Assembly (NCBI GenBank): GCA_032718475.1
Contig: JAUCBJ010004106.1
Location: 1-38,412, forward strand
From: Nemertoderma westbladi
Lineage: Eukaryota > Animalia > Xenacoelomorpha
Reading direction: 5' to 3'
DNA: 38,412 bases
Positions 33,795 through 38,412 of the stretch are shown in pieces. The notes under the pieces are model-generated. The model saw only the letters and a program-made list of their open reading frames with translations, was not told the origin of the DNA and made no database searches. Both the position numbers and the translations under genes were made by a program. Each line of letters begins with the position of its first letter. Within the stretch, counting starts at the first letter, position 1.

Positions 33795-35774
33795 ATGTCA
33801 TCAAAGCGCCAAGTTGCTAGGAAGCGGAAAAATGAATTGTGTGATTTTATTATTGCTGCTGTTAAGAATGTAACGTCAGGAAATGACACTACTAATCTGA
33901 ATGTCGATAATGGTAGTGAAATTTCCCAGAATGATGTGTCTGAGCCTGAGGTAACACCAGTGTTGGATGTTGGATCAATGAACAATTTACAATCAGATCC
34001 AATTAGTACCGGTAGCGATACTGATTCTGATACTAGTGATGGGAGTTTTGCTTTTGATTGTGATTCGCATCTCAGCGTGGGCGGATCTGTAGTTGATGAA
34101 TTAAATAATTCAAATGTTGAACATCATCGTGGATGTGGTACCAGTACCGGTACTGATAACAGTAACGAACTGCAACTGTGTTGCCAACTTTATGGTTGGC
34201 AGCGCGATACTGGCATTTCGTACTCTTCTACTACTAGCCTTCTTAAAATTTTAAAGAAATATCATCCATCACTTCCACTGAGTGCTAAAACTCTTGTTGA
34301 TAGGCACAGAGTTTTGGGACATGCGATACCAACTATAGAATGTGCACGTGGTTTTATGGTTTTTTTAGGTTTTCCAAAATTTCCACCAGACTTTGAAATT
34401 ATGATAAACATTGACGGGTTACCGATTTCTAAGTCATCTGGTCTCTGTCTTTGGCCAATGTTAGCTAGTCGTTTTGGAATCCGGTATAAGCCATTCGTCA
34501 TTGCAATTTGGGCTGGATATGGGAAGCCGGATAACATTATTGAATACACTAAACCATTGGTTGACCGTTTGTCATTAGATGAAGCGGATAAAATTAACAT
34601 TAAACTGTTAATTTGTGATGCCCCAGCAAGAGCAATGCTCTCTGGCACGAAATACCACAGTGGTTACTCCCCATGTACACGCTGTCATATTTATGGTGTT
34701 TATAGCTATGAATATAAAAAAATAGTTTTTCCGTTTGGCGAATATGAACAAAGGAATGATGTTGACTATATGTCTATCACTGACGAAGAACATCAGGCAT
34801 TTGTGTCACCTTTGCATAAATATATTCCTATATCAACTACTTTTGCATTTGATTATATGCATTGCGTTTGCCTTGGAGTGATGAAGCAGCTAATCAAATA
34901 TTGGTATGGGAAGTCAACACTCCGCGTTCCATTGCCATGTGTACTATCATCATCTGTGATTAAAAAAAGGCTGAACGATATTCTGGTTGCCTTTGGTGTT
35001 GCAATGCCTGTACCAAGTGTTTTTAATCGCCGTTTGCGGGGGTTTGACTGCCTTGAACATTATAAAGCCACTGAGTTTCGCTCGTTTATAGTTTACGCAT
35101 CACCTTTAATGCGCAACTTTTTACCTCGAAAGTATTTCGAACATCTGATGTGCTTGCATGTTGCAATTCGTATACTTGTTTCAGACAAGCTTTCGAGTCA
35201 GAGTGAGTACCGGTATTTAAATTATGCCAAAGACCTTATAAAATTCTTCTGTTCGTCACTCAGTGAGTTATATACAGACCATTCATTAACTTACAATATG
35301 CATATACTTACTCACTTAGCCTATTTCTGTAAGCGCTTTGGCAGTCTTGATCAGTGGTCTGCCTTTCGTTTTGAATCGTTCATGAGCAAGTTGAAACGAT
35401 TTTTATTTTCCCGAAATTCTAAATTAATTGTCCAAGAAGCTGCATCGAAAGCTGATGGTCTGGTTGTGAAGGATGTCGAAGAGCCCGATGTGTATTGTTT
35501 AAAACCAGGAAGCTGTGTGACAATTGATGATATTTATATTCTGGTGTCGAGTTTCTCCACTACCACACGTGTTGTTACTGGTAATGCATTGAACTTTGTA
35601 GATCATGCTTATAGTGTGCCATGTTTAAGCGATTCTTATGGTGAGGGTTATTTCATGAAGGCAGATAGCTTGTACCGTGATATTACTAAGCACAGAGTTC
35701 AATTGTGTATTGCTATGCCATTAAAATATGGCACCCATGAAAATGTTTATTATGTAACTGAGCTTTGTAATTGA
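33795..35774 (+). CDS. EnSpm/CMC DDE transposase (659 aa)
   Basis: NIDGLP..LWP, ICDAPARA..H.GY..C..C, FDYMHCVCLGVMK, KATEFR, YNMH and FRFES; uninterrupted ORF. Confidence 0.92.
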   Translation: MSSKRQVARKRKNELCDFIIAAVKNVTSGNDTTNLNVDNGSEISQNDVSEPEVTPVLDVGSMNNLQSDPISTGSDTDSDTSDGSFAFDCDSHLSVGGSVVDELNNSNVEHHRGCGTSTGTDNSNELQLCCQLYGWQRDTGISYSSTTSLLKILKKYHPSLPLSAKTLVDRHRVLGHAIPTIECARGFMVFLGFPKFPPDFEIMINIDGLPISKSSGLCLWPMLASRFGIRYKPFVIAIWAGYGKPDNIIEYTKPLVDRLSLDEADKINIKLLICDAPARAMLSGTKYHSGYSPCTRCHIYGVYSYEYKKIVFPFGEYEQRNDVDYMSITDEEHQAFVSPLHKYIPISTTFAFDYMHCVCLGVMKQLIKYWYGKSTLRVPLPCVLSSSVIKKRLNDILVAFGVAMPVPSVFNRRLRGFDCLEHYKATEFRSFIVYASPLMRNFLPRKYFEHLMCLHVAIRILVSDKLSSQSEYRYLNYAKDLIKFFCSSLSELYTDHSLTYNMHILTHLAYFCKRFGSLDQWSAFRFESFMSKLKRFLFSRNSKLIVQEAASKADGLVVKDVEEPDVYCLKPGSCVTIDDIYILVSSFSTTTRVVTGNALNFVDHAYSVPCLSDSYGEGYFMKADSLYRDITKHRVQLCIAMPLKYGTHENVYYVTELCN

Positions 35775-35853
35775 TTAACATGTTTCTGTTGGTTTAGATA
35801 GGCTGTTTCTCATTATTAAATTTTGGCTCCTGTGATCCAGCGATAGCAATAAG

Positions 35854-37191
35854 ATGGCTAATTTTACACATGCAATAGTATATTGTAGACACGACCAGCA
35901 GATATGGGGGGTAGAATTAGCAAGGGAGGTAAGGAACTTCCACCCGGAGTTAATCGGAATGATTGAAATTTACGAAGTGCAGTATTCGAAAGGAGAGTTC
36001 TACAAAGCTGAAATTATCATACATGGAAACCTTCGTGATGAAAACTTCCAAGTTTTTCTCGATAAATGTCGTGAAATGAAGTCGAGTGGGTACTCTCTTA
36101 AACAAATTCGTGAGGAGATATCAGGGAGGAATCTCCAAAATGTTAATAGACGTCGTCAACATTTCCGGAGTTATAAATTGATAGGACCACCTCAGAAATC
36201 ATCATGTGATGAGCAACTTCGCCTACCAAACACGTCTTATAAAACCAAGGCCCTCCAACTGCCTAATCCAATTCCTGGTCCACTTCAGAAGTCTAGAAGA
36301 GTAGTTTTGGAGCACCCGACTCCTGATAAACCTAACTCACGTAATGACTATGATAATAGTTTCCTTCTAGAAGGTAGTGACAGTCAACCAAGTATTATCC
36401 ATGATAGTCCATCTTCAGTGGAGCCTCGCACGAGTACTCCAAACGAGAAACAACTGTCCTGTGATGTCATCAGTGATGTAATAAAGGGTTTTAAACACGG
36501 CGGGACCAGTACTAATCTGTCATTAAGTGCGCTTAGCGACCGGCAATTATTAGAAGTTAATGTCCAATTAAATGGGAACATTTGGCGCAGTCTTCAAAGC
36601 ATAAATACACAAATGGGTCTCTTGAAGAAAGGAAAGTCAATACCCAAGAGAAGAACAGAAGGTGATCAATGTGTGGATTCAGAAGATGGTGAACTTAATA
36701 TTAAACCAGCATCGACATCAGAAGAATTAAATGAGCTACTAAAGAATGTGGAGCTGAAGGCATATTTAATAGACGAAGGTGGAAAAAACCTAAAAGACGC
36801 TGTTAGGCGACAGTTGAAGTGTTTATTTACACGAGAAATGGCGAGCCAGACTTCATTTAGTGGAAAATCATCAAAAGGTCAAAAAATATCCTTAGTTGAA
36901 ATGGGCGTAGTTTCATTACTAATGAATGTGAATAAAAAACGTGATGGGTATACAAAGGCAAACGTTGAAACGGAAATAAAGTCCGCTATACACAGAATGA
37001 GCGACAGGCGCGTTTTTGCTGTGGATAAGGTTGATGGTGAAGTGCAAACGGGAACGTCAACAGCGACGACGTTGTCGACTGGAGTCGGCGACATGATGGG
37101 AGAGGTTCATGGTGAACAAAACCAGCAGAGGAATGGGAAAACAAATAATAAGAGAGTGAGGAGCTTATCTTCATCTAGTAGTGAGGTGTAG
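35854..37191 (+). CDS. Transposon accessory protein, DUF4806-like C-terminal domain (445 aa)
   Basis: LIDEGGKNLKDAVRRQLKCLFTREMASQTSFSGK resembles DUF4806. It is the second ORF inside the TIRs. Confidence 0.65.
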   Translation: MANFTHAIVYCRHDQQIWGVELAREVRNFHPELIGMIEIYEVQYSKGEFYKAEIIIHGNLRDENFQVFLDKCREMKSSGYSLKQIREEISGRNLQNVNRRRQHFRSYKLIGPPQKSSCDEQLRLPNTSYKTKALQLPNPIPGPLQKSRRVVLEHPTPDKPNSRNDYDNSFLLEGSDSQPSIIHDSPSSVEPRTSTPNEKQLSCDVISDVIKGFKHGGTSTNLSLSALSDRQLLEVNVQLNGNIWRSLQSINTQMGLLKKGKSIPKRRTEGDQCVDSEDGELNIKPASTSEELNELLKNVELKAYLIDEGGKNLKDAVRRQLKCLFTREMASQTSFSGKSSKGQKISLVEMGVVSLLMNVNKKRDGYTKANVETEIKSAIHRMSDRRVFAVDKVDGEVQTGTSTATTLSTGVGDMMGEVHGEQNQQRNGKTNNKRVRSLSSSSSEV

Positions 37192-37741
37192 ATGTAGAAA
37201 TGGGCCGAAACTGTGAAATCTTATAAGATATAAGATTATACAGTATTTGGTAATGGAAATATTATGTAACTATTTAGGTGCAAGAGGGCGTATAATCTTG
37301 TGTGATGCTGATGACATGGTATATAATACATTTAAGTGTAATTTTCTTGTATTTGTAATAATTCTTTAATGAAAAAATAAAACTTGTCTTTTTGTCTTAT
37401 ATAGCACTTTTATTTATTATTTTCTTATAAATAATCTTTCAATGGTGAGAATGGTTTACATACCATAGTATAATAATATATAATAAATACGTTAAATATT
37501 ACAAATTGAAAGATATACTATTATTCAAAAAATCTGATTTATCATTAACTTTGGTTTTATAATCCTATATTCCCTTGTTCTATCTTCGTTTAAGACCCAT
37601 AAGAAGAGACTCCTATAAGAGCCACTGTATAGAGAAAACGCATTGCATAGGTACTTTGACTTGGTACTTTGATTTTTCGTCCTACCAGACAAGCACCAAT
37701 AATCATAGTTGTGTTACCACATATGATTTTTATCGAGTTGT

Positions 37742-38095
37742 ATCGTGATCAGCGACCTCGAAAACCAGTATATCTTCAGAATTAGCAAACCAAAGGCAAA
37801 ATTTAACAGTTTATAATTTTGTGCACTTGTACTTTTCGTTCTGGGTCACCAGAATGGCACCAAAATTGGGTTTGCATTACCAGAAATATTTATAACTAGT
37901 TTCATCGTGATCAGCGACCTCGAAAACCTGTATACGTTCAGAATTATCAAACCAAACACAAAATTGTTTAGTTTGACATTTTTTAACTTGTAGTTTTCGT
38001 CCTGGGGACCAAAATAGAACCAAAAGTTATGGTTACCTTGCCAGATAATATTGTTAACAAGTTTTATCGTGATCAGCGACCTCGAAAACCCTTAT
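37742..38095. repeat. Right subterminal tandem array, 162-bp unit
   Basis: ATCGTGATCAGCGACCTCGAAAACC at 37742, 37904 and 38066. Confidence 0.88.
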
Positions 38096-38326
38096 AACCC
38101 GGGCCAGATGTTGGGAGTGGGGGGGGGGGGGGGGGGGGTAGACCTGACAATATTTAATGCGCATCACAGGCTTCACGCATTCCCCACGCACCACAATCGC
38201 ATGCGCACAACGGACGCGTTACGCATGCGTATCGCAGCCCAATGGGGGTGACACTTTCCACATGCGATACGCATGCGTTTTTTGTGCGTGACCCGCATGC
38301 GTATCGCATGAGAATTTTTGACTGGG

Positions 38327-38412
38327 TATTACCTCCATAACCGTTAATATATGTATTAATGTTCTTCATTAATTGAGTATACTCAAAAATATATGTTCCA
38401 TCTGTAAAATTA
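38327..38412 (-). pseudogene. Major capsid protein, upstream continuation (runs off the window)
   Basis: NFTDGTYIFEYTQLMKNINTYINGYGGN joins NIDLETY in frame after removal of the transposon and one TA. Confidence 0.75.

Larger units (their letters stand above)
32190..38326 (+). mobile_element. EnSpm/CACTA-Mirage (CMC) DNA transposon (6137 bp)
   Basis: TIRs CCCAGTCAAAAA....CATGCGAT. 2-bp TSD TA at 32188-32189 and 38327-38328. CATGCG subterminal repeats at both ends and two ORFs. Confidence 0.9.
18945..38412. mobile_element. Endogenous Maverick/Polinton (adintovirus-like) element, continuing past the right edge
   Basis: Contains pPolB, adenain protease and the major capsid C-terminus in a compact convergent layout, and begins with AGTAGT. 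The left boundary is inferred. Integrase and packaging ATPase are not in the window. Confidence 0.88.

Noticed and set aside
22006-37174. Antisense and overlapping short ORFs within pPolB and the transposases
   Set aside because: Shadow frames of real genes with no independent motifs.
7063-38138. Numerous poly-G/poly-C tracts and the poly-Pro/poly-Gly ORFs they create
   Set aside because: Most sit inside repeat elements and homopolymer length is unreliable, so they are not evidence of coding.

Overview
AT-rich, repeat-saturated eukaryotic (probably invertebrate animal) genomic DNA. The left half (1-18.9 kb) is nested transposon debris: two copies of a TTAA-flanked piggyBac-type non-autonomous element, decayed RTE-type LINEs of two families, MITE/Helentron-like pieces, a GC-rich structured repeat, and one host-like exon encoding a fibrinogen C-terminal domain. 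The right half (about 18.9 kb to past the window end) is an endogenous Maverick/Polinton (adintovirus-like) DNA virus. It has a probable AGTAGT terminus, then on the + strand an ORF with PC4-like repeats, a pseudogenised protein-primed PolB and a 181-aa TATA-binding-protein-like ORF. On the - strand it has a DEDD/Maelstrom-like nuclease, an adenain protease and the 3' end of the major capsid gene. A Sola1 transposon (AAAT TSD) splits the PolB gene and an EnSpm/CMC transposon (TA TSD) splits the capsid gene; both genes rejoin in frame when the insert is removed. The most notable candidate novelty is the TBP-like plus PC4-like pair flanking the viral polymerase, a possible virus-encoded transcription module. 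All family calls come from motifs read by eye; no database search was run.
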